Below the pieces are notes generated by a model. It searched no databases. It was not told the DNA's origin and saw nothing but the letters and a program-made list of their open reading frames with translations. A stretch of DNA of 63,210 bases, filler included, from Octopus bimaculoides (lineage: Eukaryota): the NCBI RefSeq assembly GCF_001194135.2. It is 6 parts of 5 records of this genome, joined end to end, with 100 filler letters (N's around TTAATTAATTAA, not from the genome) between each part and the next. Parts side by side here need not be neighbours in the genome. Positions count along the whole stretch, not along the records: positions 12,138 to 39,435 come from NC_068985.1; 5 more parts are not named here. The stretch is one strand, 5' to 3'. Every line of letters begins with the position of its first letter. The first letter of the stretch is position 1. Shown here in pieces: positions 24,679 through 38,714 of the stretch. The position numbers and the translations under genes were made by a program.

Positions 24679-25894
24679 CTGTGTGTGTATGTATATATAT
24701 GTATATATATATATGTATACATACATACATATCTAGATATGTATGTACATTAATACACACAAAAAATACTAATTATAAACACCTGACTAATTGCCTAAAT
24801 ATATCTTATGCATCTATGCATATATGTGCATGTGTAAGCGCGCGAGTATGCGTGTGTGTATGTGTGTGTGGGTGGGTGTGTGCATGTGTTTATAATTAGT
24901 ACTTCTAAATTTTTAATTCTTATAACCCAACTTTATAATCATAAACAAGCATGTGTAATAACACAAACATCAACTTTCACATACCCAAACGTACCTACAA
25001 TTAAAACAGCACGCGCGCATGCACACATACACACGTGGGCGCGTTCACACACAAAGAATTAGACAAGGAACGTCAACGCTGAAATGGTGATTCTTTTAAT
25101 GGCATCATCTATTTCAAGAGAACTCCACATAGCTGAAGACTAATCTCTTTTGATTTTATGACTCTGACGTATTATTCTGACAAACATTTACATTCTTGCA
25201 CATCATTCTTCTTTTACGTTCTACTTCCTGCATTTCAGGCCATCAAACAATAGAATGATCGTTACCTAAACCATACATACATACATACATACATACAGAA
25301 ACACTCACACAAACACACATGCATACATACAGACATACACGTAAAGCATACATACACATAGACACACACACACATATACACACATACATACATACATGCA
25401 TAAATACATACACTCATACACACATACACATACTTATATACATATACACACATATGTACATACATACATACACACACTTATATACATAATGCTTGTACAT
25501 ATGCATACATGCATACAAATATACGCGCATACACACATATATACACACACTTCCTTACATATATGCGTATACATGTAGGTACATACGTACATGCATACGT
25601 ATTTACTTATATACATAATATACACATTCNNNNNNNNNNNNCATACATACATACATACATACATACATACATACATACATACATACATACATAATTATAG
25701 TTAGAATTAGTAGTTCTTTGACTGCTATTTCTAAATTTTCAGTATGTTGGTGAGGCAACTCATGCTGATCCCTATATGTTTATAATTATAAATAGTTTTA
25801 CCGATAAATGTTTTTTTTGCATACTGTACTACTTGGCAAACTTGTTAATTATTAATTTTATTAACTAATTGGCAATTCTCTGCCCTATATCTAT

Positions 25895-25989
<95 letters not shown>

Positions 25990-26234
25990 GTGTTGTATAT
26001 ATGTTTGCATATAAAATGACGTAATGACGTTATTTAATCTAAACTGAAATCAGAACAGAAATATCTACCCAAATTCTTTGTTTCTTTTTTATTTGTGTCT
26101 CCTGCTCCTTTGTATGACTCTGCACCCCTGACAGATTTGATTTATATAATTTTATACACCTTGACACTGTATCATTAAAAAATATGCGTGTATGTGCCAT
26201 ACACACACACACATACTCACACACACATATATAT

Positions 26235-26442
26235 TCTTTTATTCTTTTACTTGTTTCAGTCATTTGATTGCGGCCATGCTGGAACACTGTCTTTAGTCTA
26301 ACAAATCGTCTCCAGGACTTATTCTTTGTAAGCCTAGTACTCATTCTATCGGTCTTTTTTGCAGAACCGCTAAGTTACGGGGACGTAAACACACCGTCAT
26401 TGGCTGTCAAGCGATGGTGGGGCGACAAACGCAGACACACAA

Positions 26443-26460
<18 letters not shown>
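26235..26460 (-). mobile_element. SINE family B, 3' half
   Basis: ttttacttgtttcagtcatttgattgcggccatgctgga..ctatcggtcttttttgcagaaccgctaagttacggggacgtaaacacacc. Confidence 0.9.
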
Positions 26461-26473
<13 letters not shown>

Positions 26474-26528
26474 TATATGTCGTTCTATATTTAAGAGATG
26501 TGGAATTATGTACCTTATTTACATTATT

Positions 26529-26612
26529 TACATTTGACGGATATTTGTCCTCATCTTGTTCGTTGTTAACCCAACGTTTCGGCTGATATACCCTCCACCC
26601 TTTATCAAATAA

Positions 26613-26620
<8 letters not shown>
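26529..26620 (-). mobile_element. Penelope-like pLTR fragment with decayed hammerhead
   Basis: Minus strand: ttgataa-agggtg-gagggtatat-cagcc-GAAA-cgttg. The GAAA half is intact and the CUGAUGA half is mutated. Confidence 0.55.
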
Positions 26621-26676
<56 letters not shown>

Positions 26677-27650
26677 TATAATAATAATAACAACAACAAC
26701 AACATCGACATTTTAGCAAAACATATTAAGCAGCAGTAAAAGTAAATCAAAAAGCATAAAAATAAACAAGCTTTTGACGTTTTACAGATATTTCAAAATT
26801 ATGATGCTATGATGCTACGTGTTTCCATTATTTTGTCCAACNNNNNNNNNNNNNNNNNNNNNNNNNNNNNNNNNNNNNNNNNNNNNNNNNNNNNNNNNNN
26901 NNNNNNNNNNNNNNNNNNNNNNNNNNNNNNNNNNNNNNNNNNNNNNNNNNNNNNNNNNNNNNNNNNNNNNNNNNNNNNNNNNNNNNNNNNNNNNNNNNNN
27001 NNNNNNNNNNNNNNNNNNNNNNNNNNNNNNNNNNNNNNNNNNNNNNNNNNNNNNNNNNNNNNNNNNNNNNNNNNNNNNNNNNNNNNNNNNNNNNNNNNNN
27101 NNNNNNNNNNNNNNNNNNNNNNNNNNNNNNNNNNNNNNNNNNNNNNNNNNNNNNNNNNNNNNNNNNNNNNNNNNNNNNNNNNNNNNNNNNNNNNNNNNNN
27201 NNNNNNNNNNNNNNNNNNNNNNNNNNNNNNNNNNNNNNNNNNNNNNNNNNNNNNNNNNNNNNNNNNNNNNNNNNNNNNNNNNNNNNNNNNNNNNNNNNNN
27301 NNNNNNNNNNNNNNNNNNNNNNNNNNNNNNNNNNNNNNNNNNNNNNNNNNNNNNNNNNNNNNNNNNNNNNNNNNNNNNNNNNNNNNNNNNNNNNNNNNNN
27401 NNNNNNNNNNNNNNNNNNNNNNNNNNNNNNNNNNNNNNNNNNNNNNNNNNNNNNNNNNNNNNNNNNNNNNNNNNNNNNNNNNNNNNNNNNNNNNNNNNNN
27501 NNNNNNNNNNNNNNNNNNNNNNNNNNNNNNNNNNNNNNNNNNNNNNNNNNNNNNNNNNNNNNNNNNNNNNNNNNNNNNNNNNNNNNNNNNNNNNNNNNNN
27601 NNNNNNNNNNNNNNNNNNNNNNNNNNNNNNNNNNNNNNNNNNNNNNNNNN

Positions 27651-27680
<30 letters not shown>

Positions 27681-27682
<2 letters not shown>

Positions 27683-27840
27683 CGATGGGCTTCTTTCAGT
27701 TTCCGTCTACTTAATCCACTCACAAGGCTTTGGTCGGCCTGCGGCTGTAGTAGAAGACACTTGCTCAAGGTGCCACGCAGTGAGACAGAACCTGAAACCA
27801 TGTAGTTGGAAGCAAGCCTCTTATCAGAAAACCACTCCTG
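27681..27840 (-). mobile_element. SINE family B, 5' half (possibly the same insertion as 26235-26460)
   Basis: gggcttctttcagtttccgtctac..cacaaggctttggtcggcc..tagtagaagacacttgctcaaggtgccacgcagtg. Confidence 0.9.
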
Positions 27841-28201
27841 ATATATATTTTAGAATAAAAGATTGCCCAGAAATACGATACATGGAATGCATACAGAAGT
27901 GACGTGGACACGCTGAACCTACATATATATATGTATGTATACATATGTACGTATACGTGCATGTAAATACACACACACACACACACACCTATATATAATA
28001 TAGATACATGCACACACATGTATATCCACATATACCAATATATATATATTCATGTATGCATGCGTGTTTACCTACATAGATATTACGTTATTACGTATCC
28101 ATTTATGTATGTATACATACACACGCACACACATAGATACATATATAAGTACATGCATTCACATCTGCGTACATACATGCATACATACATACATGCATAC
28201 A

Positions 28202-28232
<31 letters not shown>

Positions 28233-28324
28233 GCGTACGTGTCGACGTATTTGGTTTCAGATGAGAATCCCCGTTGGGGTACCTACTTTGACTTTCATCT
28301 CTAACTGCTCTTGATAAAATCAGT

Positions 28325-28488
28325 ACCAACCAACCAACCAACCAACCAGCCAACCAATCAGCCAACCAACCAACCAACCAACCAGCCAACCAACCAACCA
28401 TCCAACCAACCAACCAACCAACCAGCCAACCAATCAGCCAACCAACCAACCAACCAATCAACCAACCAACCAACCAACCAACCAACTA
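28325..28488. repeat. (CCAA)n microsatellite
   Basis: Direct reading. Confidence 0.95.
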
Positions 28489-28949
28489 CTGGTGTCGATT
28501 TAATCAACAATACTTACTCTCTTAACGGACTTTCCGACTGGTTCTTCTGTGAGAAATTTATTGTGCTTTCCTTGTCGGCATCGTAATTGTATTGTGAAGT
28601 TAGACAGAGGATAGCAAAGGCAGTAACCACAACTTTTATACGCATTGTAAACTTATTAATATTGATGCTGTCTATCCTCAACTTCCTGTTGTCGGCAATT
28701 GTGGAGAAATTTCCAGAAGATTTACAGTTATGAGAAGGAACGTTTGCACAAAGGGTTTTATGCAGAGTCTGTTAGGCGATATAGTACAAAAGGTAATAGG
28801 AATTGATAGGTATATTTTGGGTGAGCCTTGGTGGAGACATTATACATATACCAATTTCAAAGGCCAAATTGCGGCCGATAGAAGTTGGAGAGATCGAGAG
28901 AGAGAGAGGGAAGGAGAGAGAGAAAGTGAGAGCAATAATGAGAGAAAGA

Positions 28950-29110
28950 GAGTGAGATGGGAGAGAGAGTGAGATGGGAGAGAGAGTGAGATGGGAGAGA
29001 GAGTGAGATGGGAGAGAGAGTGAGATGGGAGAGAGAGTGAGATGGGAGAGAGAGTGAGATGGGAGAGAGAGTGAGATGGGAGAGAGAGTGAGATGGGAGA
29101 GAGAGTGAGA
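28950..29110. repeat. 17-bp minisatellite (GAGATGGGAGAGAGAGT)n, about 9 copies
   Basis: Head-to-tail near-identical units with no spacers. Confidence 0.95.
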
Positions 29111-30576
29111 GGGGTGGGGTTGAATACCCTACATAAAGGTATGAAGAGCGAGTTTTCATTTGTGTGCTCTACAGCCCAGTGAATTATAATTCGTCTCATA
29201 TAATGTAATGTAGTTCGTTGTTTCAAAGCGATTGATTGGCAACATCGTTAGTTTATCGTTGTAATTGCTTTGCAGTAATAGTTCAGGTTCTCTAGTCAAA
29301 TATTTCCTTTCACCATTTTGGGATCGATAGATTTTTCCCTTCATCGTTTTGGGGTCTCTTTTTCTCTCACGCCATTTTTCTAACTGTCTGACTTCCGTTT
29401 CCGAAGGAAATCCGCTGCGTTCAGACTTGGAGAGGGATTGGTTCCTCCAGGTTTAAAAATGCCCATGACACACCATATGTCACAAGGGCGCCCTTCTGAC
29501 TTCATCAAGGAACTGAGGGCTCATGACAAGGCAAGAGAATTAGATGCGCAGATAGCTGAATTGTAATGAAAAGGAAAACTGTGTTCAATATAGCAATTAA
29601 TTTCGAACTTCTGATTTATAAGTTCAAATCCTATAAAGCTCAACTTAATCCGTGAATTTATCCGGATTCGATAAGATAATACCAGTCATTACTGGGATAG
29701 TATAAAATCAATTATGACTTTGTTTCCATTAGCTCTACGAGTTTTGGGCTACAACGGCATTATTGAATAACATGATAGCAAGGCATTACTAGATAGATAG
29801 CATGGTAACAAGGCATTATTGAATAGCATGTTCCAAAAGGGCAGAAAGGTTGGCTGGAAAACATGCGATACAGGTTTCTATTCTCGTTGGTCTCTTCTTC
29901 GTCATTGGTGTTGTGATTTAGCTCCGAGTCAGCGCTAATTAAAGTCTGATAAAAAGTATTCCAGTCCTTTATTCATTTATCTATTTTACGTACGGTCCCT
30001 AGGACCACATTACCCCAAAGGTCGACTGGAATATAAATTTGATGAATTTTATAATACATACATATACACATACGTACGTATGTACGTTCGTACATACGTT
30101 AACCCATATATANNNNNNNNNNNNNNNNNNNNNNNNNNNNNNNNNNNNNNNNNNNNNNNNNNNNNNNNNNNNNNNNNNNNNNNNNNNNNNNNNNNNNNNN
30201 NNNNNNNNNNNNCATACATAATGCATAAATACATACATATATATACATATACATATAAACATACATATATGTAAGTATGCCTGTATGTATGTATCTTGTC
30301 ACTGTTAAATTACCACAAAAGAACACATTTTCACATTTTTCTCACGCTATTTTATCGTGCTTTCATATCTTCAAAATAGTCATAGAATAATATTCTGTTT
30401 ATATGGAATTTACAGATGCTCCATTATACAATGACAACTGGTTTCTTGCGTCTAATGGAAGAATCAATAAACAATCTTTAGCCACCGGCTTTGAATGGAA
30501 TATCAATTTGCTCAATTAGGTCTTCAATATTTTGACAGAAATAAATGGGTAGCGTACTGATTTCCACGCACCATTA

Positions 30577-30601
30577 GTGTCTGTCTGTCTGTCTGTATGT
30601 A

Positions 30602-30638
<37 letters not shown>

Positions 30639-30655
30639 GTACATGTGTATGTTTG

Positions 30656-30735
<80 letters not shown>

Positions 30736-30781
30736 AATGGTCATGTATACTGGAACTAGTAATATCATTTTTAGTTATACA

Positions 30782-30827
<46 letters not shown>

Positions 30828-30870
30828 GTCTGTCTGTCTGTCTGTCTGTCTATCCATCTATCTATCTATT
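30577..30870. repeat. Compound (TGTC)n/(GT)n/(TCTA)n microsatellite
   Basis: Direct reading. Confidence 0.95.
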
Positions 30871-32525
30871 TCATACATTGACATATGTTTCATTAAAATA
30901 ATATAGTAAACAGCAAACAATAAGATACAAGAAAGCTAGTAATGGTTTGTCCTGTACATTAATGAGTATGGCTAAATATTTTTAAAATGGAACATATTGA
31001 TTTACTCCATCGATATACTATTCGAATATCTTCGGAAATCATGTGTTAAGTAAGCGTTAACAGAAATTGTGAATTCAAGAAAATAAGAATTAAACTGTGT
31101 TAAATTGATTTTGATCTTTAAAATACAGTGGGTTCTTTGTTTGCAGCAGTGGAGTCGGCTTCAGGACTTGATTGGCATTTTATGTCTCAACCTCATATAT
31201 CCTAACCAACAGTCCACACACCTTCATAAATCATTCATTTACGTTTCTATAATTTGGATTCAGACCAGACAAATGTATGCCATAAACCGTTTCGGTGAAT
31301 GAAGATGCTAATGTTTTATAGAAAAGCATGAATCTCACGCAATTCAGCCAAGCAGTGCGATAACATTTGTACTTAAAAACCCGTATAATTTGCTGCCAAA
31401 TAAATAGACAGTAGAAATACGATGACCTCGGGACCGATGGCTTATTTATCTGATCGTGTGATAACCTGGAAATAACTGTAAAACACTAAACAAACTGCAT
31501 TGCACCTTCTTCTATTTTTTTAGTTGTCTCGTCAAAATTTAGCGTTAACGATAAAACGTTTTTAGCATCAATAGCAGCCGCAACCTACCACCACCACCAC
31601 CACCACCACTACCACCACCACCACCACTACCACCACCGTCCACCACCGTCCACCACCACCNNNNNNNNNNNNNNNNNNNNNNNNNNNNNNNNNNNNNNNN
31701 NNNNNNNNNNNNNNNNNNNNNNNNNNNNNNNNNNNNNNNNNNNNNNNNNNNNNNNNNNNNNNNNNNNNNNNNNNNNNNNNNNNNNNNNNNNNNNNNNNNN
31801 NNNNNNNNNNNNNNNNNNNNNNNNNNNNNNNNNNNNNNNNNNNNNNNNNNNNNNNNNNNNNNNNNNNNNNNNNNNNNNNNNNNNNNNNNNNNNNNNNTCA
31901 ATAGCAGCCGCAACCTACCACCACCACCACCACCACCACTACCACCACCACCATTATCATCATCATGAAGATTATCATTCTGAGAACCGCAAATACTAGC
32001 AGAGCCACCGCAGTCACCAACACAAACCCCATCTCTTTCGCTCTGGATTCGCCAGCCTGGGTCATGCACTCACAACTACAACAAAGCAGCATTTCAGGCA
32101 AAAGCACTACCACTACCACAACCACCACCATCACCGTCCACCACCACCACCAACAAAGCAGCATTTCAGGCAAAAGCAGATGACATGCATTGTTAGGCCT
32201 GAAAAGTAAGTCGTGCCAGAAACAGATATTGAAAAGAAAGTCTTCATATACATATACATATACACACAAATGGCTAATTATAAACACATGGCTAACTGCC
32301 TAAGTATATCTATGTATTTTTGCATATGCATGTGTGTGTGTGTGTGTGCATGTGCTTATAATTAGTAATTCTAAATTTTTAATTCTTATAACCCAACTTT
32401 ATAGGCATAATTGTAAACTCATTCCAAGCACCCTTGTGTAATAACGCCACAAACATACTTTCACATACCCACAAGTAATTATAACCAAACCAGCAAGCGC
32501 GCGGGCATACACACACGCACGCACA

Positions 32526-32565
<40 letters not shown>

Positions 32566-33737
32566 GCGCGCGCGCACGCACATGCACACATGAATGTATA
32601 CATACATACACGCGCATATGCGGGAAAAAGAAGAGGTTTGTCCTTTGATGGAGTGTTTCATTCTTTGGTGGCCATTTATTGAGAAGGCGTACTCGGTTTC
32701 ATTTTCGAATCAAAAGCATAGAATATATGTTTAAATCAGAAGCAGGAGTTCCATCAGGATTACGCACGTAGACACACGCACACAACACACACACACACCG
32801 TCTTTGTAACGATTATCGCGTTGCATACTGGTACTTGCTAGTGAACGCGTGTAAGGATTATGCAATTTATGACGTAATAAGATGTTTTATTCCAAACTAA
32901 CTTCCAGTTTTATTCTGATCTGATCTTCGATATGCACTCTCCAATCTATTCCATTGTATATAATATCAAGTGAAAATCTAAGAACAAACGATATTTAATG
33001 CCTACTTGAAAGTTGAACAAGCATGGATTTATATGGTGTTCTAAAGCAAACGTTAATTGTTACGCTGTCTTATTTGGAATAGGAGCTTTCAACACACACA
33101 TACAATCACTTGAGATCAAAGACAATTCATTTCATTAAACGTTTAAAGTGCAGTAGGGCACCACATTATCTCATGTGATAGTCTTTTATTTTAAATGGAG
33201 TTGCTTATCTTGTTCATACTATTATTGTTTCTGTTGTTCGTCATTAAGAAGCTGGTGAGTTAATAATGGCGGTGATTGTATACGTTTTGAAGTTTCCGGT
33301 TGTTGTGATGATATAAAAGGGAGGTAGTGGTTGTAGCAAAGGATGACTGGGAAGATCGATCGGCAGTTAGATAGAAAGAAAAATTCATTGTGACTGAAGA
33401 AAATATAAACAAACTCACACACAAATATTCACAATGGAAAATTCCACCTCATACCTCTTAATGCTTATTGCGATCCATAGACAAACAAATGTATACACAC
33501 AGCCTCTAACAATATATAGGTAGTATCTATGTATCTGAATAATAGCTTTTCATCTTAGGTAGAACCTCGAGAAATTGACTTTTTTGCTTAAAAAGTGTAG
33601 TTTTTAGATTCCTATAACTTATCTGTTTCCGTAAGGGCCAAATTATAGAACGTAACTCGAAATTAGTGAATGGTCATACTTTACAATTATCGTAAGCAGG
33701 AAATCCCGTGGCCAAAGGTTGCCATAACACAGACACA

Positions 33738-33795
<58 letters not shown>

Positions 33796-34184
33796 NNNNN
33801 NNNNNNNNNNNNNNNNNNNNNNNNNNNNNNNNNNNNNNNNNNNNNNNNNNNNNNNNNNNNNNNNNNNNNNNNNNNNNNNNNNNNNNNNNNNNNNNNNNNN
33901 NNNNNNNNNNNNNNNNNNNNNNNNNNNNNNNNNNAATATATTATTTGGCTTAAAAGAGTTCCAACACTGTCTGTTTTTTATGTTTTATTTATATTCCTGC
34001 AGAACTAATGTGGGGTATAGAATATGGAATATACAATATATAATATAATATACAATATATAATATAAAATAAAATAAAAATGGATGGCACCATGAAATAA
34101 AGTATTGAATGTAGATGAAATATTGAGTGTTCAATATAAAGGATCAAATATATAAATATATAAATATAAATATATATATATAAA

Positions 34185-34224
34185 GGCGACTCGAGTTTCA
34201 GGGCTATTTCCCTTCGTCATGGCC
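34185..34224 (-). ncRNA. Minimal hammerhead motif with a 1-nt insertion in the core
   Basis: Minus strand: GGC-C(A)UGACGA-AGGG-aaauag-CCCU-GAAA-CUCGAG-UC^-GCC. Confidence 0.65.
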
Positions 34225-35077
34225 GGTATGACAGTCTTTAACAGACTCACTCCCACACAAATACATTAATGTTTCTTGCTATGTCGAATTACAATGAAAA
34301 CAATTTAACATTAAACTGAAAAGTTACCGTATACTTTTTATGAAGCACATATTCATTATACTTTAACAAGAAAGCGGCGTGATAGTGACTTCGAAGTTTC
34401 TGTTTTCTGACAATCCGACGAACGCTAGCAGGCCGAAACTTTCAAATCATTTTCACCTCCTCATCTTGTAAAGGTACAATATATACGTGTGTGTGTGTGT
34501 ACATATATGCCAGAGAGAGAGGGGGGTGAGTGGAAAAGAAAACGAGGCAGTCCGTGAATAACAGAGATTAGAAAGACACATTCATATATGTATTTGTATA
34601 TGAATCTGGATATCTTTGTGTGTATAAGAGGGAAAACGTAAGTTTACTGATAATATTCTCTATGGAGATGGAAGCGTAAATACCAGCAAACGATGAGATA
34701 TTGGACTTGTTGAACCTGTTACGTAGTGCAAACAGAAATCATACGGAATTTTCATCACACAGGGATCTCTTTCGCTTTTTGGTAGCAGGTGACCCTGTTA
34801 TTTCTAGAAATTTGTGTCAACTTTGGAAAATAGAGAACGGAATAACTCTAAACATACCACAGCAATAATTACACCGACGTTAACAAGAAAAAAAATAAGC
34901 AGTATTATACTAGAAAACACTAGCATGTACGGAAAGGCCAGTAACAATAATATTGGTAACAATTACGCATAACAAATATAGCAATAATGAGAGAAACATA
35001 GAATATGAAAGAGTGGGCCTTGTTATTCTTGTGCCAAAAATAATAACAATAATTCTTTCTACTCTATCTACAAGACC

Positions 35078-35279
35078 TGGAATTACTTTTTTGGGGAGGG
35101 GCAACAGAGTCGCTTTAATAGTCCCCCCAGTACTCAACTGGTACATATTTTATCGATCCCGAAAGGGGTGAATGGCAAAGTCGACTTCGGCGAAATTTTG
35201 AACTCAATACGTAAGGACAGACGAAACGTCGCAACGCAATTTTTCCGCCGTGCTCACATTTCTTCCAGCTCACCGCCTA
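35078..35279 (-). mobile_element. SINE family A, near full length
   Basis: cccccagtactcaactggtac..gatcccgaaaggggtgaatggcaaagtcgacttcggcg..ttcttccagctcaccgcct. Confidence 0.85.
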
Positions 35280-36344
35280 AATGAATCGAGTACTAATAAA
35301 ACCCTTTAAAGTATTTGTATGTATGCCTGCGCGTATGTGTGTTTGTGCTTGCGAGGATTTTTAAAGCATTTTTGAATTTCTGATGATTGTGATGAAGTTG
35401 ATACTAATAGTAATAATGGCTACACCCACACGCACACTCACACACAGAGACGAACACACACGCACACATACATACACACGCATACACACGCATGCATATG
35501 TGCATGCGTGTATTCTTTTTCTGTTCTTCATTGATAGCGTGCAAATGATGTGAAAGATTCCATTCACATTTAGTGCTCAATACAAAACAAACGGATGTGA
35601 ATGACTTACACCTTTGACTCAAGACACCACACACAAGGACCTTTTCCACATCAAAAGTCATCTTAAGAATAATATTTAATCGACTATAATGCTTTTGTAT
35701 ATTTATTGTGTATGTTATTACATCTTAAAACTGAAGTGTTACTATAATTGATAACATCTATAAGAATATAAGGAATATGTTCTAACATATATGATGGAAT
35801 ACAAGAATATGAAATGAAGGAATTTCATTGAATCTTTCAAGGTGATATCTGCTTTGACATGTCGAAATGCTGTACTATTTTATGTGGCTTAATAGATAGA
35901 TCCATTTAAGTGTAAGTAGATAATATTCAGTAGAGTAGGGTGGATTTTAACCGTCGAGTGCAGTAACCAATTTGGTCGTCCCCTCACTCAACGTAGCATA
36001 CCTGCGTAAAGTGGCAATCCTGTACAGCTTGAACACCTTGCATGACACGCTCCACCGCAGCTATTCTAGAGCAGCAATATGACTACTGTTCAAGGTATTT
36101 TCGGGCTTACTCAGTTATAGCAATATAACATTTATATCAGTTATTTTGGTAGCCATTTTGTTATAGTTGCATACAAAAGTAATCTACTTTTTAAAATAGA
36201 GAAGCAGAGAAAAAGCAACGAAGATTATCTTGATATGTTCCACAAATTTTTGACCACTTATCAGAAAATAACTATCCGTCATTCTTTTACCTACGATGAG
36301 AGTAAATAGTTGATGGCTATTAGACCGTTGACTGGAACTGGTAA

Positions 36345-36470
36345 ACCAGAGAGCCGGATCAAGTCCCAGTCTGATTTTGACATGGTTTCTACGGTTGGAT
36401 GCCCTTGCTAACGCCAATCACTCAAAGAGTGCCATGGGTGCTCTTTACGTGCCACCGGCACGAGAGCCAG
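36345..36470 (-). mobile_element. Repeat family F fragment
   Basis: gtttctacggttggatgcccttgctaacgccaatcactc..gggtgctctttacgtgccaccggcacga matches ~42790-42870. Confidence 0.8.
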
Positions 36471-36479
36471 TTATGTGAC

Positions 36480-36519
<40 letters not shown>

Positions 36520-36954
36520 NNNNNNNNNNNNNNNNNNNNNNNNNNNNNNNNNNNNNNNNNNNNNNNNNNNNNNNNNNNNNNNNNNNNNNNNNNNNNNNNN
36601 NNNNNNNNNNNNNNNNNNNNNNNNNNNNNNNNNNNNNNNNNNNNNNNNNNNNNNNNNNNNNNNNNNNNNNNNNNNNNNNNNNNNNNNNNNNNNNNNNNNN
36701 NNNNNNNNNNNNNNNNNNNNNNNNNNNNNNNNNNNNNNNNNNNNNNNNNNNNNNNNNNNNNNNNNNNNNNNNNNNNNNNNNNNNNNNNNNNNNNNNNNNN
36801 NNNNNNNNNNNNNNNNNNNNNNNNNNNNNNNNNNNNNNNNNNNNNNNNNNNNNNNNNNNNNNNNNNNNNNNNNNNNNNNNNNNNNNNNNNNNNNNNNNNN
36901 NNNNNNNNNNNNNNNNNNNNNNNNNNNNNNNNNNNNNNNNNNNNNNTGAACATA

Positions 36955-37171
36955 TCCTTTTCTACTCTACGCACGAAGCCCGAAAGTTTTGGGGAGGAGG
37001 CCAGTTGATTAGATCGACCCCAGTGCGTAACTGGTACTTATTTAATCGACCCCGAAAGGATGAAAGATAAAGTCAATCTCGGCGGAATTTGAACTCAGAA
37101 CGTAACGGCAGACGAAATACCGCTAAGCATTTCGCCCGGCGTGATAACGTCTCTGCCAGCTCGCCGGCTTA
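36955..37171 (-). mobile_element. SINE family A, full length, young
   Basis: Complete head (aagccggcgagctggcagagacgttatcacgccgggcgaaatgcttagcgg), core and tail. Confidence 0.95.
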
Positions 37172-37668
37172 AATATCTATGAACATATCTTTTCATCATT
37201 TCTTACAGAGAAAAATAAAGCTGTTTGCTTTAGCATACTGCAGGCTTTCATTACCATTCATCAAAAATCTCATTACAATTCAAATGAATGATAAGATAAA
37301 ATTTAACAGTAAACAAAAAATATTTTTAGCCACTTATTAATTAAAAACATATGACTTCAGCACAATGACAGGGCAATTTATATAATTGCATAACATTTAC
37401 GTATGAAAAAAAAAAGTTTTATTCATTATTTTAAACAAAAGCTATGAAAATCATACACGAACATTAAATCAAGCAGGTTTTGAAAATTAGCTAATTTTCT
37501 TTCTTTTCCGATTCATAGTAACACAAAAGTCATTTTTATTCTTGTTTTCTAAACAAGGAGGTGCAATATTTTATAGGTGTTTGTTAATTACATTTTACTT
37601 AATGAATTTTATAACAATTTGAAACATATGATTTTGAATTTATTTATTTATACACACATATGCGTGTA

Positions 37669-37722
<54 letters not shown>

Positions 37723-38279
37723 CCTACCTACCTACCTATCTATCTTCTTATCTGTCTGTCTGTCTGTCTGTTGACCTATCTCTGTATATATANNNNNNNN
37801 NNNNNNNNNNNNNNNNNNNNNNNNNNNNNNNNNNNNNNNNNNNNNNNNNNNNNNNNNNNNNNNNNNNNNNNNNNNNNNNNNNNNNNNNNNNNNNNNNNNN
37901 NNNNNNNNNNNNNNNNNNNNNNNNNNNNNNNNNNNNNNNNNNNNNNNNNNNNNNNNNNNNNNNNNNNNNNNNNNNNNNNNNNNNNNNNNNNNNNNNNNNN
38001 NNNNNNNNNNNNNNNNNNNNNNNNNNNNNNNNNNNNNNNNNNNNNNNNNNNNNNNNNNNNNNNNNNNNNNNNNNNNNNNNNNNNNNNNNNNNNNNNNNNN
38101 NNNNNNNNNNNNNNNNNNNNNNNNNNNNNNNNNNNNNNNNNNNNNNNNNNNNNNNNNNNNNNNNNNNNNNNNNNNNNNNNNNNNNNNNNNNNNNNNNNNN
38201 NNNNNNNNNNNNNNNNNNNNNNNNNNNNNNNNNNNNNNNNNNNNNNNNNNNNNNNNNNNNNNNNNNNNNNNNNNNNNNN

Positions 38280-38312
<33 letters not shown>

Positions 38313-38660
38313 AACGAGTCTATGACTGCAAAGTGTTTATTAATATAACCTATGCGTATTACAATACCCCGCCCTAATATGGTATTCATTTACATAGGAT
38401 ATATGTTCTCACATCTTGTGTTCTGCGATAAAATCTATCTGGGTTTCTGGACTACTGTATATGCATGTGCGTGCGCGTGTTCGCTTCTCAACGTATGTGA
38501 ATGCATATTTATATATATATATGTATACATCAATATCCATATATACATATATATAGTGTACACATATATATGTATGTATGTATGTGTGTGTGTGTAAGTA
38601 TGAATGTATATATATCTACATGTATATATGTATGCATATATATACATGATATGTTATATA

Positions 38661-38714
<54 letters not shown>

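Noticed and set aside
28580-28830. Possible RTE reverse-transcriptase remnant (EVRQRIAKA..); similar hint at ~47060-47210
   Set aside because: Only a few residues resemble the motif; not supportable without alignment.
28950-29110. Regular 17-bp repeat array considered as CRISPR-like
   Set aside because: No unique spacers, derived from (GA)n, and in a eukaryotic context.
31568-31935. Repeat of tcaatagcagccgcaacct(acc)n on both sides of a gap
   Set aside because: Probably the same contig-end artefact around a trinucleotide tract.
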